Assembly (NCBI RefSeq): GCF_963973085.1
Contig: NZ_CAXAXA010000005.1
Location: 224 to 64,223, forward strand
DNA length: 64,000 nucleotides
Direction of reading: 5' to 3'
Source of the DNA: an uncultured Sneathiella sp.
GTDB taxonomy: Bacteria > Pseudomonadota > Alphaproteobacteria > Sneathiellales > Sneathiellaceae
Of this stretch, positions 52,506 through 63,130 are shown one piece after another. Made by a program: the position numbers and the translations under genes. The notes under the pieces were generated by a model. The model saw nothing but the letters and a program-made list of their open reading frames with translations. It made no database searches and was not told where the DNA came from. The first letter of the stretch is position 1. Every line of letters starts with the position of its first letter.

Positions 52506-54602
52506 TTAGTCCGCCTTGCTCTCCGGGCTCTTGCGATAACGGAGCGGTACCCACGGCCTGTTCCCCCGGAGTCCATTATTGGTATCGACAAGGATTTGTC
52601 CGGATGGATCAAAATAGAGGCTATGTGCCCCGTTCCGCCATAAATCAAACTTGTCGATGATCAATCGTGCCGCGCTGCAATCCTCCGGCGCGGGGATGCG
52701 GCTTATGATGATATCGGCCCGTTTACAATCCGCCTCAACGCCCGCCATCGTTACCGGAAAGGCGATGACATCGGCCCCCTTCCGATAGACACATCCATAG
52801 GGATCACAAGAGAGTTCCGGCAATGGCTCGTCTGCGACTTCCTCCCCCATCACCAGCCGCCAGCGTTCTGCTTCAAACCGATCGGCCCGGCGAGTGGAAA
52901 GATAGGTTTCTCCTTCCACATTCTTAACTGCGTAGAGATTGCCGCTTTCGGAAATCAGGATATCCGGCGAACGGTTGAACAGAAAGGAGAGAAAAAGTAT
53001 CCCCAGCATCGGGAGCGCGAGCCAGCGTATCGGTTGACGCCAGATGATATACCAGAGACCAATAACGGTAATCGCAATCAGCTGCACGACAGAGAAGGAG
53101 CCCAGAAACTGCACTGCCTCGGGCCAGGAGGCGGTCTCCGCCGCCACTCGCAGGATCATGTCAACGCCACTTCCAACGATAACAAGCGGAAAAGAGAAGC
53201 CAAACGGATAGCAGATAAAGGCGAGGATAACACCCGGCATCACCCACAGACCCATCAAGGGAACGGCGAGAAAATTGGCAATCAGACTGTAGGCGGCCAC
53301 TTGCCCGAAGTGATAGAGCGCGAAGGGCGCTGTCGCAAGCCCGGCCACAAGGGATGTCAGGACAATGCCGATAAGATACGCAATACTGCGGCGAATGATC
53401 CCGCCGCTTCTTGCAACCCGGCCAAGCCAGGGGCCCAGCTGCTCATAGAGAGAGATAAGGGCGAAGACGGCGGCAAAGGACATCTGGAAACTCGCCGTGA
53501 CAAGGCTTTCCGGATATAAAATCAGGATGATCACCGCCGCCATCGCCACCATGCGTAACGAAAGGGCTGTCCGGTCAAAGCAGATTGCAACAAACAGCGC
53601 GGAGATCATGATGAAGGCCCGAACGGCTGAAACGCTCATCCCGCTTACGAACAGATATCCGGCAAGCCCCAGAAGAGCGACTATTGCGGCAATCTTCTTG
53701 ATCGGATAATGAAGCCCTACATAGGGTATAAGCACCAACAAGAGGCGAACAGCGAAAAAAATAAGTCCGCCAATCATCCCCATATGCATCCCGGAAATTG
53801 CGAGCAAATGCGCCAGTCCCGAAAAGCGCATGTTGTCGAGCTGCTCCTCCGGGATCGCCGACTTATCTCCTGTCATAATGGCAATGATAAACCCGGCGTT
53901 TTGTTGCGGGGCATTGTCCATAACAAAATCAGCGATTCGCGCCCGAATCCCAGAGGATAGCTGGCGAATGCGCGAGAAAAAATCGCGTTTCTCCCCGAGT
54001 ATTTCAAAAGAGCTGATGCTATACCCGACCGCGCCGATGGATTGGTAATAGGAATGACGCTGAAAATCATAGCCGCCGGGATAGGCTGGCTCCGGTGGGG
54101 GCAATAGCACCGCCTTTACGCGAATGATCTGCCCCGGCCTGACTTCCTCGAAGTTGGTACGCGACGAAAGCCGGATGCGGTGGAGCTTGGGAAAATCCTC
54201 CTGGCCCGAGAGAATAATGTCCCCGAGGAGAAACCGGGCTGCGTTATACCCGGTCGATTTTTCGAGCACGCTCGCGCGCAGCTCCGTCACTGCTTTTTTC
54301 TGCAAGATCGGCGCATCAACGATCTGCGTCCGGATGATCGCCGCTGAAAAGCCGAGTGAGACAAGCAAAAATATACCGAGGATCCAGACATATCCACTTT
54401 CTGGTCTTTCCCTCAGCCAAAGCAAGCCGAGCCCCGGCAGGAGGGGAACCGCCAGCCATACAGGGTCCGGTTCCGCCGGAAGTGCAAAGTAAAAGGCGAT
54501 GCCGAAACCGATGGCCACTGGAAACCAGAGAAACCAGCGCGACCGTTCGCGCCGAAACTGGTCGGGCAGCTCTTCCAGATTGTGCCTACTCAACAGTGCC
54601 AC
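52506..54602 (-). CDS. comEC: ComEC/Rec2-family DNA internalisation channel protein
   Basis: N-terminal DUF4131-like region and a polytopic competence domain (LAHLLAISGMHMG). Confidence 0.88.
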   Translation of the reverse strand: MALLSRHNLEELPDQFRRERSRWFLWFPVAIGFGIAFYFALPAEPDPVWLAVPLLPGLGLLWLRERPESGYVWILGIFLLVSLGFSAAIIRTQIVDAPILQKKAVTELRASVLEKSTGYNAARFLLGDIILSGQEDFPKLHRIRLSSRTNFEEVRPGQIIRVKAVLLPPPEPAYPGGYDFQRHSYYQSIGAVGYSISSFEILGEKRDFFSRIRQLSSGIRARIADFVMDNAPQQNAGFIIAIMTGDKSAIPEEQLDNMRFSGLAHLLAISGMHMGMIGGLIFFAVRLLLVLIPYVGLHYPIKKIAAIVALLGLAGYLFVSGMSVSAVRAFIMISALFVAICFDRTALSLRMVAMAAVIILILYPESLVTASFQMSFAAVFALISLYEQLGPWLGRVARSGGIIRRSIAYLIGIVLTSLVAGLATAPFALYHFGQVAAYSLIANFLAVPLMGLWVMPGVILAFICYPFGFSFPLVIVGSGVDMILRVAAETASWPEAVQFLGSFSVVQLIAITVIGLWYIIWRQPIRWLALPMLGILFLSFLFNRSPDILISESGNLYAVKNVEGETYLSTRRADRFEAERWRLVMGEEVADEPLPELSCDPYGCVYRKGADVIAFPVTMAGVEADCKRADIIISRIPAPEDCSAARLIIDKFDLWRNGAHSLYFDPSGQILVDTNNGLRGNRPWVPLRYRKSPESKAD

Positions 54603-54718
54603 GGCGCGAACCTTCCAACGGCATACTTGCCCTCCGCCATGACAAAGGGTACAAAAGCCTGTTTTTTGTGATCATCCGGCTCAAATTTATAATCGAACGG
54701 AATGTAAAGTAAATTCTT

Positions 54719-56122
54719 ATGACTGTCGTAACACGTTTCGCTCCCTCACCCACTGGCTTCCTGCATATAGGCGGCGCCCGGACGGCCCTCTTCAACTGGC
54801 TTTATGCCCGCCATCACAAAGGAAAATTTCTTCTCCGGATCGAAGATACAGATCGGGAAAGATCAACTGATGCCGCAATCGAGGCTATTCTGGATGGCCT
54901 GGCCTGGCTCGGGCTCGATTGGGACGAGGAGCCGGTATTCCAGTTTTCCCGGCGGGAGCGTCATGCGGAGGTTGCGCAAGAATTGCTGGCCACAGGAAAA
55001 GCCTATTATTGCTATGCTTCCCGTGAAGAGCTCGCTGAAATGCGCGAAACCGCACGGGCGGAAGGCCGCCCGCCAATCTATGACGGACGCTGGCGGGATA
55101 AGGATCCGGCAGAGGCGCCAGCGGGTGTAGATCCCGTCGTCCGGTTCAAATCCCCCAATGACGGCGAGACTGTGGTCAGGGATCTCGTTCAGGGTGACGT
55201 TACTTTCGCCAATGCACAGCTTGATGACATGATCCTGCTCCGGGCAGATGGAACGCCGACCTATATGCTTTCCGTGGTGGTGGATGATCATGACATGGGA
55301 GTCACAGATATTATCCGCGGCGACGACCACCTCACCAACGCGGCGCGGCAGCAGCAATTGATCGAGGCGATCGGATGGTCTGTTCCCCGCTATAGCCACA
55401 TCCCGCTGATTCACGGTCCGGATGGCGCGAAGCTTTCAAAACGGCATGGCGCACTCGGCGTTGATGCCTATCGCGAAATGGGATATTTGCCCGAGGCATT
55501 ACGGAATTACCTATTGCGGCTGGGCTGGTCCCACGGAGACGATGAGGTGATTTCGACGGCCGAGGCGATTGACTGGTTCAACCTTGAAAATATTGGAAAA
55601 TCGGCGGCCCGCTTCGATTTTGCAAAGCTGGAAAACCTTAATGGCATCTATATTCGAGAGGCAGATGACACCTATCTGACGTGGCTCGTGGCGCCGATAC
55701 TAGCCGAAAAAACCGGTCAGGATATAAGCTCTAATCAACTGAAATTAATAGAAAAAGCCATGAATGGCTTGAAAGAACGCGCAAAATCTGTAAACTCCCT
55801 AGCGGAGAGTTCCCTGTTCCTCATCGCCGAGCGGCCACTTGCGCTGGACGAGAAAGCCAAAAGCCTGATAACCGAAGAAGCCAGCGCTGTTCTGATGCGG
55901 CTGGCGGATCGATTGGAGGCGCTGGAGAACTGGAACGCAGAGGACTTGGAAGCGGCCGTTCGGGCGACGGCAGAGGCGGAAAGCCTCAAACTGGGGAAAA
56001 TCGCGCAACCCTTGAGGGCAGTGTTGACAGGAACCACAGTTTCGCCCGGTATCTTTGACGTTCTGGACGTCCTTGGACGGGAGCAGTCAATCGGACGTAT
56101 TCGGGATGCGGCTATCACTTGA
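54719..56122 (+). CDS. gltX: Glutamate--tRNA ligase
   Basis: HIGH motif ([10 protein letters not shown]) and KMSKS motif (KLSKR). Confidence 0.95.
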   Translation: MTVVTRFAPSPTGFLHIGGARTALFNWLYARHHKGKFLLRIEDTDRERSTDAAIEAILDGLAWLGLDWDEEPVFQFSRRERHAEVAQELLATGKAYYCYASREELAEMRETARAEGRPPIYDGRWRDKDPAEAPAGVDPVVRFKSPNDGETVVRDLVQGDVTFANAQLDDMILLRADGTPTYMLSVVVDDHDMGVTDIIRGDDHLTNAARQQQLIEAIGWSVPRYSHIPLIHGPDGAKLSKRHGALGVDAYREMGYLPEALRNYLLRLGWSHGDDEVISTAEAIDWFNLENIGKSAARFDFAKLENLNGIYIREADDTYLTWLVAPILAEKTGQDISSNQLKLIEKAMNGLKERAKSVNSLAESSLFLIAERPLALDEKAKSLITEEASAVLMRLADRLEALENWNAEDLEAAVRATAEAESLKLGKIAQPLRAVLTGTTVSPGIFDVLDVLGREQSIGRIRDAAIT

Positions 56123-56243
56123 GATACTGCGCCGGGGGCAAGCGCTCCAGTGAAAACGTCATAAAAAAAAGAAAAAATTCCACCCGGAATTTTATCAATA
56201 TTACGGGCGCACCCAGCCTGAAAAATATAAAGGAAGTGGATGA

Positions 56244-57548
56244 ATGAGTAGCTCTACTGTTACCGGCAACGTCACCCTGTCAGAAGGGAGCGACGACACG
56301 CTCAGCCTGCCCCTGATTGCGGGCACCGTTGGACCGTCTGTTATTGACGTTCGCAAGCTATATGCCGATACAGGTCATTTCACCTATGATCCAGGCTTTA
56401 CGTCGACGGCATCCTGTGACTCCGCAATTACCTATATCGACGGTGATGCTGGCATACTGATGCATCGTGGCTACAAGATCGAGGAACTGGCGGAGAAAAG
56501 TGACTTTATGGAAGTCTGCTATCTGCTGTTGAAAGGCGAATTGCCGACACAGCCGCAGAAGGATAAATTTTCCCACGATATCACCTATCATACGATGCTG
56601 CATGAGCAGTTGACACAGTTCTATCGCGGCTTCCGTCGCGATGCGCATCCGATGGCCATTATGGTCGGTGTGGTTGGCGCCCTGTCCGCCTTCTATCATG
56701 ACAGCACGGATATTACGGACCCGAAACAGCGGATGATCGCCAGCTACCGCCTGATCGCGAAGATGCCGACAATTGCGGCAATGGCCTATAAATACTCCGT
56801 TGGCCAGCCTTTTATCTATCCGAGCAATGACATGTCCTATGCGGAAAACTTCCTGCATATGACGTTCAGCGTACCCGCAGAGCGCTACAAGCTGTCGCCC
56901 ACCATTGCCCGGGCCATGGACCGAATTTTCATCCTCCATGCGGACCATGAACAGAACGCCTCCACGTCGACGGTGCGTCTTGCCGGATCATCTGGTGCCA
57001 ATCCGTTCGCCTGTATCGCGGCGGGTATCGCCTGTCTCTGGGGCCCGGCTCATGGCGGCGCAAACGAGGCTGTGCTCACCATGCTCAGGCAGATTGGCAG
57101 CGTCGATCGGGTGCAGGAATTCATTGCCAAGGCAAAAGACAAGGACGACCCCTTCCGTCTGATGGGCTTCGGGCATCGGGTCTATAAAAACTACGATCCG
57201 CGCGCGAAGGTCATGCAGCAGACGTGCTATGATGTTCTTGATGAGCTAGGCATCAAGGATGAGCCGATGCTCAAGCTCGCGATGGAACTCGAAAAGATCG
57301 CCCTGAATGATCCATACTTCATCGAGAAGAAGCTCTTCCCGAACGTTGATTTCTACTCCGGTATCATTCTACAGGCGCTTGGCTTCCCGACAAGCATGTT
57401 TACCGTGCTCTTTGCTCTGGCCCGGACGGTTGGCTGGGTTGCCCAGTGGAACGAGATGATGGAAGATCCGTCACAGAAAATCGGGCGGCCGCGTCAGCTT
57501 TACACAGGGGCAACCGAGCGTCCCTTTGTTGACATCAGCAAACGGTGA
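56244..57548 (+). CDS. gltA: Citrate synthase (type II)
   Basis: Motifs [11 protein letters not shown] and [13 protein letters not shown]. Confidence 0.96.
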   Translation: MSSSTVTGNVTLSEGSDDTLSLPLIAGTVGPSVIDVRKLYADTGHFTYDPGFTSTASCDSAITYIDGDAGILMHRGYKIEELAEKSDFMEVCYLLLKGELPTQPQKDKFSHDITYHTMLHEQLTQFYRGFRRDAHPMAIMVGVVGALSAFYHDSTDITDPKQRMIASYRLIAKMPTIAAMAYKYSVGQPFIYPSNDMSYAENFLHMTFSVPAERYKLSPTIARAMDRIFILHADHEQNASTSTVRLAGSSGANPFACIAAGIACLWGPAHGGANEAVLTMLRQIGSVDRVQEFIAKAKDKDDPFRLMGFGHRVYKNYDPRAKVMQQTCYDVLDELGIKDEPMLKLAMELEKIALNDPYFIEKKLFPNVDFYSGIILQALGFPTSMFTVLFALARTVGWVAQWNEMMEDPSQKIGRPRQLYTGATERPFVDISKR

Positions 57549-57552
57549 TCGG

Positions 57553-57756
57553 ATGAGCGGAGCCTCACCAACAAGCAAAAAAATGACGCCTTCGGTCCCA
57601 ACCGGAGGCGTCAAACCAGCCGGGCGGCTCTATCTCAGGGCGGCCAATGACAATCGGGCGCCGTTTCTCTATCGGATCAAGAAACTCTCGATGATCCTGC
57701 TGCCGGCGGCAATGCTGCTCTTCTTTGCGGCCGTCTGGTATTTCGGCGGCGCGTAA
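57553..57756 (+). CDS. Possible small (67-aa) basic protein with a C-terminal TM helix
   Basis: The ATG lies 5 nt after the gltA stop, with GGTGA upstream. Third codon positions are GC-rich like neighbouring genes. C-terminal MILLPAAMLLFFAAVWYFGG. No family recognised. Confidence 0.4.
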   Translation: MSGASPTSKKMTPSVPTGGVKPAGRLYLRAANDNRAPFLYRIKKLSMILLPAAMLLFFAAVWYFGGA

Positions 57757-57760
57757 CCAC

Positions 57761-58171
57761 TTATTTCCGTTCAATAAGCTCTATTTTGTAGCCATCCGGG
57801 TCCTCGATAAAAGCGATCACGGAGGTGCCGTGTTTCATTGGCCCGGGCGGACGCGGAATATTGACTCCCTGTACCGCCAGCTTCTCGCAAATTCCGTAAA
57901 TATCCTGCACCCCAAGGGCAAGATGCCCGAAACCATCGCCTAGATCATAGGGCACTTCCTGATCCCAGTTGTGGGTCAGCTCAATAACGGCTGTGTCTTT
58001 TTCATCGCCATAACCCACGAAGGCCAACGTGAATTTCCCGCCCGGAAAATCTGTCCGCCGGAGGAGCTTCATCTCCAGTTTATCGACATAGAAATTGATC
58101 GATTTATCCAGGTCCTTGACCCGGATCATCGTGTGTAGCAGTCTGAAATTATTCTTATCGTCGCCGCTCAT
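57761..58171 (-). CDS. gloA: Lactoylglutathione lyase (glyoxalase I)
   Basis: Motifs LLHTMIRVKDLDKSINFY, ELTHNW and GFGHLA. Confidence 0.9.
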   Translation of the reverse strand: MSGDDKNNFRLLHTMIRVKDLDKSINFYVDKLEMKLLRRTDFPGGKFTLAFVGYGDEKDTAVIELTHNWDQEVPYDLGDGFGHLALGVQDIYGICEKLAVQGVNIPRPPGPMKHGTSVIAFIEDPDGYKIELIERK

Positions 58172-59337
58172 GTTGTTCTATTCCTTGCAATGAGTTCCAT
58201 GATGATCCCCGCCGCGCGCACGCCGGGTGCCTCGCCGCCTTCCCCCAACATTACCATGGCCTCGCCATAGGAAACAATCTGTTGGTGGCGCTTTTCCTCT
58301 GAACGGAAAAGCTCGGCGAGAGCATTTGACAGATTATCCGCCGTACAATTTTCAAGAATATGTTCGGGGACAACCTCTTTCCCCATTAGAATATTTACCA
58401 GATTAACATAGTCCAGCTTCACCGCGCGCCGCGCGATCCAGCTGGTGATCGCATTCATCCGATAGGCAATGACGGTTGGCAACCGGGCGAGCCCCAGTTC
58501 CAATGCGACTGTGCCGGACGCTGCAAGCGCCAAATCAGCGGCGGCCATAGCATCATATTTCTCGTCTTCTCCGTCAACAACCAGGACGGAGGTGTCCCAA
58601 TTCGCAACTTCCTCCCGGACAATAACCCCGGCTCGACCAATAACGGGGGTAACAATCCGAAAGGCGCCGATGTCAGAGCGAAGCTTCTCGACCGCTTCCT
58701 TAAAAACCGGCAGATGGCGCGTGACCTCTCCGCGCCGACTTCCGGGCAGCAGCATCAGGAGGCGTTCATCCGGCTTAATACCGTGCCGAGCCCGAAAAGC
58801 GGGTCCATCGCCCTTGTCCGCGCCACTCTCGATGACAGAATGGCCAACAAAGTCTGCGGATAACCCGACTGCTTCAAAATATGGTGGTTCAAATGGCAGA
58901 AGCGTCAGCAGGTGATCGTACAGCCCAGCTATTTTCTTTGCCCGACCCGGACGCCATGCCCAGACGGAGGGAGCGACATAATGGACTTTCGGGAAATCAC
59001 TTCCCTTGAGTTGCCTGGCCACGCGAGAGCTGAAATCTGGCGCATCGACGGTGATAAAAATATCCGGTGAGAATTTTCTCACGGCAGTGGCCGTTTGTCT
59101 GATCCGTTTCAGCAGTTGAGGAAGCCTTGGCAACACCTCAACCAGACCCATGACGCTCAGCTCCTCCATCGGAAAGAGACTCTTGAGGCCTTGCTCCATC
59201 ATTAGAGGACCGCCAACGCCTTGAAACTCTATATCCGGCGACATTGCCTTCAATCCCGCCATCTGGTGCGCGGCAAGCGCATCCCCGGAAGCTTCGCCCG
59301 CCAGAATAAAAACTTTATACCGATCTACGGCCGACAT
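58168..59337 (-). CDS. lpxB: Lipid-A-disaccharide synthase
   Basis: Motifs ILAGEASGD and YVAPSVWAWR. Confidence 0.93.
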   Translation of the reverse strand: MSAVDRYKVFILAGEASGDALAAHQMAGLKAMSPDIEFQGVGGPLMMEQGLKSLFPMEELSVMGLVEVLPRLPQLLKRIRQTATAVRKFSPDIFITVDAPDFSSRVARQLKGSDFPKVHYVAPSVWAWRPGRAKKIAGLYDHLLTLLPFEPPYFEAVGLSADFVGHSVIESGADKGDGPAFRARHGIKPDERLLMLLPGSRRGEVTRHLPVFKEAVEKLRSDIGAFRIVTPVIGRAGVIVREEVANWDTSVLVVDGEDEKYDAMAAADLALAASGTVALELGLARLPTVIAYRMNAITSWIARRAVKLDYVNLVNILMGKEVVPEHILENCTADNLSNALAELFRSEEKRHQQIVSYGEAMVMLGEGGEAPGVRAAGIIMELIARNRTT

Positions 59338-60161
59338 TATGAACCGCTCTCGGGATCCAGGCCGATCAGGAAAATACCCGCGGCATCCGCCCGCCGGATC
59401 GATTCTTTAAGATCAAGGATGAGAGTTTTCTTCTCTTCCAGGGCAATGCCCCGCAAATTCGCTTCAGCTGCCAGAGTGACGGTATCCGGTCCGATTGTCG
59501 GCATATCCGCCTTCAGCTCCTGACCCGGTTTCGAGAGTTTCACCAGAACCCCCGCCCGTTCTTCCCATGCGAAGGCCGCAGAGCGCGACAACAGACCGTC
59601 CGTTCCTTCCGCCGCCTCGACCGCAAGGACATAGCCATCACGAATGATGGCGGCCTGCCCGATATCGAGCGCGCCGACCGCTTTGACGATACGCATACCT
59701 GCCGTAATATCCGCCTTGTCCCGCTCAGTCGGCGAAACCCTACCAAGCTGGCCAGTGGGCACCAGCAAGTCTCTCGCCAACTCATGGGCACCGATAATTG
59801 TAAATCCTTTTTCCTGTATGTAGCTTGTAATTGCCCGCATCAGGCCATCATCCCCCTTGCGGCTGGCCCCGGTTATCCGGGCGAGCAATTTCACACCTTC
59901 CATATCCGGGACGAGATTCTTGAGATCAGGCCGTTTTACAGGACCGGCAAGGGTAATATGGGTGCATTTTTCACGCGCAAGTGCCTTCAGGAACCGCCCG
60001 ACCTTGGTGATCCGAATAACCTCATGCGGAAAGTCCTTATATTCCGCCGGATCGGCCTCCCCTTCCACCAGAAGAAGATAGGGTGCCTTCCCGTCCCCCC
60101 GCAAGGCCTCAGCCAGCGCGAGAGGCAAGCTTCCGCTACCAGCGACGATGCCGACCCGCAT
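59337..60161 (-). CDS. lpxI: UDP-2,3-diacylglucosamine diphosphatase LpxI
   Basis: Starts MRVGIVAGSGSLP. DUF1009-type sequence lying between lpxA and lpxB. The ORF opens at 60344 but would then overlap lpxA; the ATG at 60161 is preferred. Confidence 0.85.
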   Translation of the reverse strand: MRVGIVAGSGSLPLALAEALRGDGKAPYLLLVEGEADPAEYKDFPHEVIRITKVGRFLKALAREKCTHITLAGPVKRPDLKNLVPDMEGVKLLARITGASRKGDDGLMRAITSYIQEKGFTIIGAHELARDLLVPTGQLGRVSPTERDKADITAGMRIVKAVGALDIGQAAIIRDGYVLAVEAAEGTDGLLSRSAAFAWEERAGVLVKLSKPGQELKADMPTIGPDTVTLAAEANLRGIALEEKKTLILDLKESIRRADAAGIFLIGLDPESGS

Positions 60162-60171
60162 GGAGTTTGTG

Positions 60172-60957
60172 TTATTCCGGATGACAGAATCCACGCTTTG
60201 TTTCCTCATTGACGAAATTGAGGACTGTTTGAACCGACAGGAATTTGCTGTATTCCTCCGGCACAGATTTGCAACGTTCCGCGAAGGTTCCATCTCCGGA
60301 GAAAAGATATTTATAGGCACTGCGCAGTGCATGAATATCATCACGCGAAAAGCCGCGCCGTTTCATTCCCGTGAGATTAAGTCCGCCAAGAGCCGCGCGA
60401 TTTCCTGTGGCCGAGCCGAAGGGGATGATATCCGTTTCCACTCCAGAGGCCCCGCCAATCATCGCATGTTCCCCGATCCGGACAAACTGATGTACTGCCG
60501 ACAATCCGCCAATAATCACAAAATCACCAAGCATGACGTGCCCGCCCAGGGTCGCATTATTCACAAGGATAACATGATCGCCGAGAATACAGTCATGGGC
60601 GACATGCGCGCCAATCATCAATAGGCAATTATCGCCAATCCTGGTCTGCATCCCGCCGCCCTCAGTGCCGGGATTAATCGTAACATGCTCCCGTATCGTG
60701 CAGTTCTCCCCGATGACAAGCTCAGAGTTTTCCCCGTTGTATTTCAGATCCTGCGGCGCATGGCCGATAGACGCGAAGGGGAATATGGTTGTTCCACTTC
60801 CGATCTTCGTATTGCCCGCAACGGCGACATGGGATTTCAGCGTTACGTCAGCGGCAAGCATCACATCCTTGCCAACCACGCAAAATGGGCCGACGTCGGC
60901 GTCTGGATGTACCGAGGCTCCGTCCTCGATAATTGCTGTCTGATGAATTCTGCCCAT
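60172..60957 (-). CDS. lpxA: Acyl-ACP--UDP-GlcNAc O-acyltransferase
   Basis: Hexapeptide repeats followed by a helical C-terminal domain (GLNLTGMKRRGFS). The ATG at 60957 (MGRIHQTAII) is preferred over the ORF opening at 61035. Confidence 0.92.
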   Translation of the reverse strand: MGRIHQTAIIEDGASVHPDADVGPFCVVGKDVMLAADVTLKSHVAVAGNTKIGSGTTIFPFASIGHAPQDLKYNGENSELVIGENCTIREHVTINPGTEGGGMQTRIGDNCLLMIGAHVAHDCILGDHVILVNNATLGGHVMLGDFVIIGGLSAVHQFVRIGEHAMIGGASGVETDIIPFGSATGNRAALGGLNLTGMKRRGFSRDDIHALRSAYKYLFSGDGTFAERCKSVPEEYSKFLSVQTVLNFVNEETKRGFCHPE

Positions 60958-61063
60958 ACGGTACCCAGTCAATCTAACGTATAAATGAAAAATGTGCGCT
61001 ATAGCTAACGCGGAACGGCCCGGATCACAAATCAAGCTGTGTTACAGCCGGTTACCTGTCTTT

Positions 61064-61528
61064 CTAGTCGACGATCATTGCGGAAAAATCAGCCTCTGCA
61101 ACTTTCTTTCCTTCCACAAGGACTTCGCCGGAAAATCGCCAGACAGCTCCGCGGTTCTGCTTCACCTTGACATGAACATGCATGGTGTCACCCGGCGTTA
61201 CGGGCTTGCGGAAGCGCGCATTGTCGATCGACATAAAAAAGACATGCTTGCCTTGAGATTCCGCGCCGAGGCTCTTGATCACAAGAACACCCGCTGTCTG
61301 CGCCATGGATTCAACAATCATCACCCCCGGCATGATCGGCCGGTTGGGGAAATGCCCCTGGAAATGGGGTTCATTCATCGTCACATTCTTGATACCAACC
61401 GCAGACTCATTGGGAACAATCTCAATCATCCGATCCACGAGAAGCATCGGGTAGCGATGCGGTATCATATCCAGAATATTGAGAATATCGAGGGCGTCAG
61501 CCGTACCAGAGGAGCGTTCTTCAGTCAT
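61064..61528 (-). CDS. fabZ: 3-hydroxyacyl-ACP dehydratase FabZ
   Basis: Motifs [23 protein letters not shown] and IVESMAQ. Confidence 0.95.
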   Translation of the reverse strand: MTEERSSGTADALDILNILDMIPHRYPMLLVDRMIEIVPNESAVGIKNVTMNEPHFQGHFPNRPIMPGVMIVESMAQTAGVLVIKSLGAESQGKHVFFMSIDNARFRKPVTPGDTMHVHVKVKQNRGAVWRFSGEVLVEGKKVAEADFSAMIVD

Positions 61529-62553
61529 TTTACAGTACCCTTGTTATTCGATAATTTACCCAAAATAGCCATCTGGCGGAAAAACTGCCGACGGGGACGT
61601 GCGGGGAAGCCTGCATATGTCTCCCCAGCCGGCACATCCGAAATAACGCCCGATTTTGCCGTAATCTGGGCCCCTTTTCCAATCGTAATATGACCCGCAA
61701 GGCCGACCTGTCCCCCGATAACCACAAAGTCCTCAATCACCGTACTGCCTGAAATGCCGGTTTGGGCGGCAATAATGACACCTTTACCGATCTTCACGTT
61801 ATGGGCGACCTGAACCAGGTTATCAAGCCAGGTGTTGTCGCCTATGACTGTATCCGGACCAGAGCCGCGGTCAATTGTCGTATTCGCCCCGAATTCGCAA
61901 TTTGATCCGATAATGACACGACCGAGCTGTGGAATTTTCACATGCTGTACTGGATCAGGCGCAAATCCGAAACCATCCTGGCCAATTTTCACACCATTAT
62001 GAATAAAAACATTATCGCCTATATGGCAAAAACTTAACACCACGCCGGCACCAAGACGGCAGTCCGCCCCGAGCTTGACCGCCCGGTTTAAGTAAGAATG
62101 GGGCCCGATGATACAATTGTCCCCGACAACGACGTTTTCCTCAATCACCACATATGGCCCAATGGAGGGGTTTTTACCAAGCTTTGCCTTGGGTGATATC
62201 ACCGCTGTCGGATGAATATCGCCACTCCCAAGCACCGGCTGATAAAATTTATTGGCAATTCGTGCGTAGGCTTTATAAGGATCTTTCGCCACCAGAATGG
62301 ACAACCCTTTCGGAAAATTCTTGAGGGCCGTCCGCGCGGCAATGCAGGCCGTTGCATTCGTACTTAAAAACCGATCCAGATATTTCGGATTGCTGAGAAA
62401 TGTCAAATCCCCTTCCCCGGCCTGATCCAGTGGGCGAACATCGGAGATCATTACGTTTGGGTCAACTTCCGGTGCCAGCTCCACGTCCGGCAACTCAGCA
62501 AGTTCTGCAAGGGAGAAAGGCCCCGCAACTCCATAAAATAGAGGATCTGGCAT
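61525..62553 (-). CDS. lpxD: UDP-3-O-acylglucosamine N-acyltransferase
   Basis: Extended hexapeptide-repeat protein of 342 aa, lying between skp and fabZ. Confidence 0.93.
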   Translation of the reverse strand: MPDPLFYGVAGPFSLAELAELPDVELAPEVDPNVMISDVRPLDQAGEGDLTFLSNPKYLDRFLSTNATACIAARTALKNFPKGLSILVAKDPYKAYARIANKFYQPVLGSGDIHPTAVISPKAKLGKNPSIGPYVVIEENVVVGDNCIIGPHSYLNRAVKLGADCRLGAGVVLSFCHIGDNVFIHNGVKIGQDGFGFAPDPVQHVKIPQLGRVIIGSNCEFGANTTIDRGSGPDTVIGDNTWLDNLVQVAHNVKIGKGVIIAAQTGISGSTVIEDFVVIGGQVGLAGHITIGKGAQITAKSGVISDVPAGETYAGFPARPRRQFFRQMAILGKLSNNKGTVK

Positions 62554-63119
62554 CAGCTTTTCTTCAAGGGGACGAGTTCAACCTTGGTTTTTTTCAGTTC
62601 CTTGTTGAGGCGATCAATCAATACATCCGTAATCTCCAACGGCTTTTCGGCAAACAGGATTTCACTCACATCGACAACCAGCGTTGCGCCATATTCATCC
62701 ATTACCGTCCGGACAATTGGAATCATCTGTTCCCTGACCTTGTCGAGTGCCTTGATCCGGCTCCGCTGCAATTGCCGGTTTCGTTCCTGTACATTGACAC
62801 GGAATGCCGCCGCCTTGCGATTAAAGTCAGCCTGCTTTTTAGAATAAGCATCGGGCGTTACCAGGGTTTTTTGACGTTCAATCTGGGTTTTCTCATCCTT
62901 CAATTTCTGTTCCGCCGCGGCAAGCTCCGCATTTACCTCGTCGTCATAGGCGGCCATTTGCGCATTGATATCCTTGGCAACCTCTATTTCGCGCATGATT
63001 TTTTGCATATCAATAACGCCGATTTTCGCTTTTGACGCAGATTGGGCAAAGCTCGTCTGAGTGAAAGCCGGCATTAAAATTAGCAGGAATATGGCACTGA
63101 GCAGAATTCTTGAGATCAT
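62553..63119 (-). CDS. OmpH/Skp-family periplasmic chaperone
   Basis: Signal peptide followed by a long K/E/Q-rich coiled coil. Lies between bamA and lpxD. Confidence 0.88.
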   Translation of the reverse strand: MISRILLSAIFLLILMPAFTQTSFAQSASKAKIGVIDMQKIMREIEVAKDINAQMAAYDDEVNAELAAAEQKLKDEKTQIERQKTLVTPDAYSKKQADFNRKAAAFRVNVQERNRQLQRSRIKALDKVREQMIPIVRTVMDEYGATLVVDVSEILFAEKPLEITDVLIDRLNKELKKTKVELVPLKKS

Positions 63120-63130
63120 TTTTCCTTATC

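Noticed and set aside
52480-52520. Weak inverted repeat CTAAA...TTTAG spanning the convergent lexA and comEC stop codons, which are 11 bp apart, considered as a shared terminator
   Set aside because: It is a 5-bp AT-rich stem with no T-run, which is not distinguishable from chance.
56176-56193. Hairpin AATTCC-ACCC-GGAATT followed by TTT after gltX, considered as a terminator
   Set aside because: The stem is short and AT-rich, with marginal predicted stability. It is plausible but not supportable by eye.
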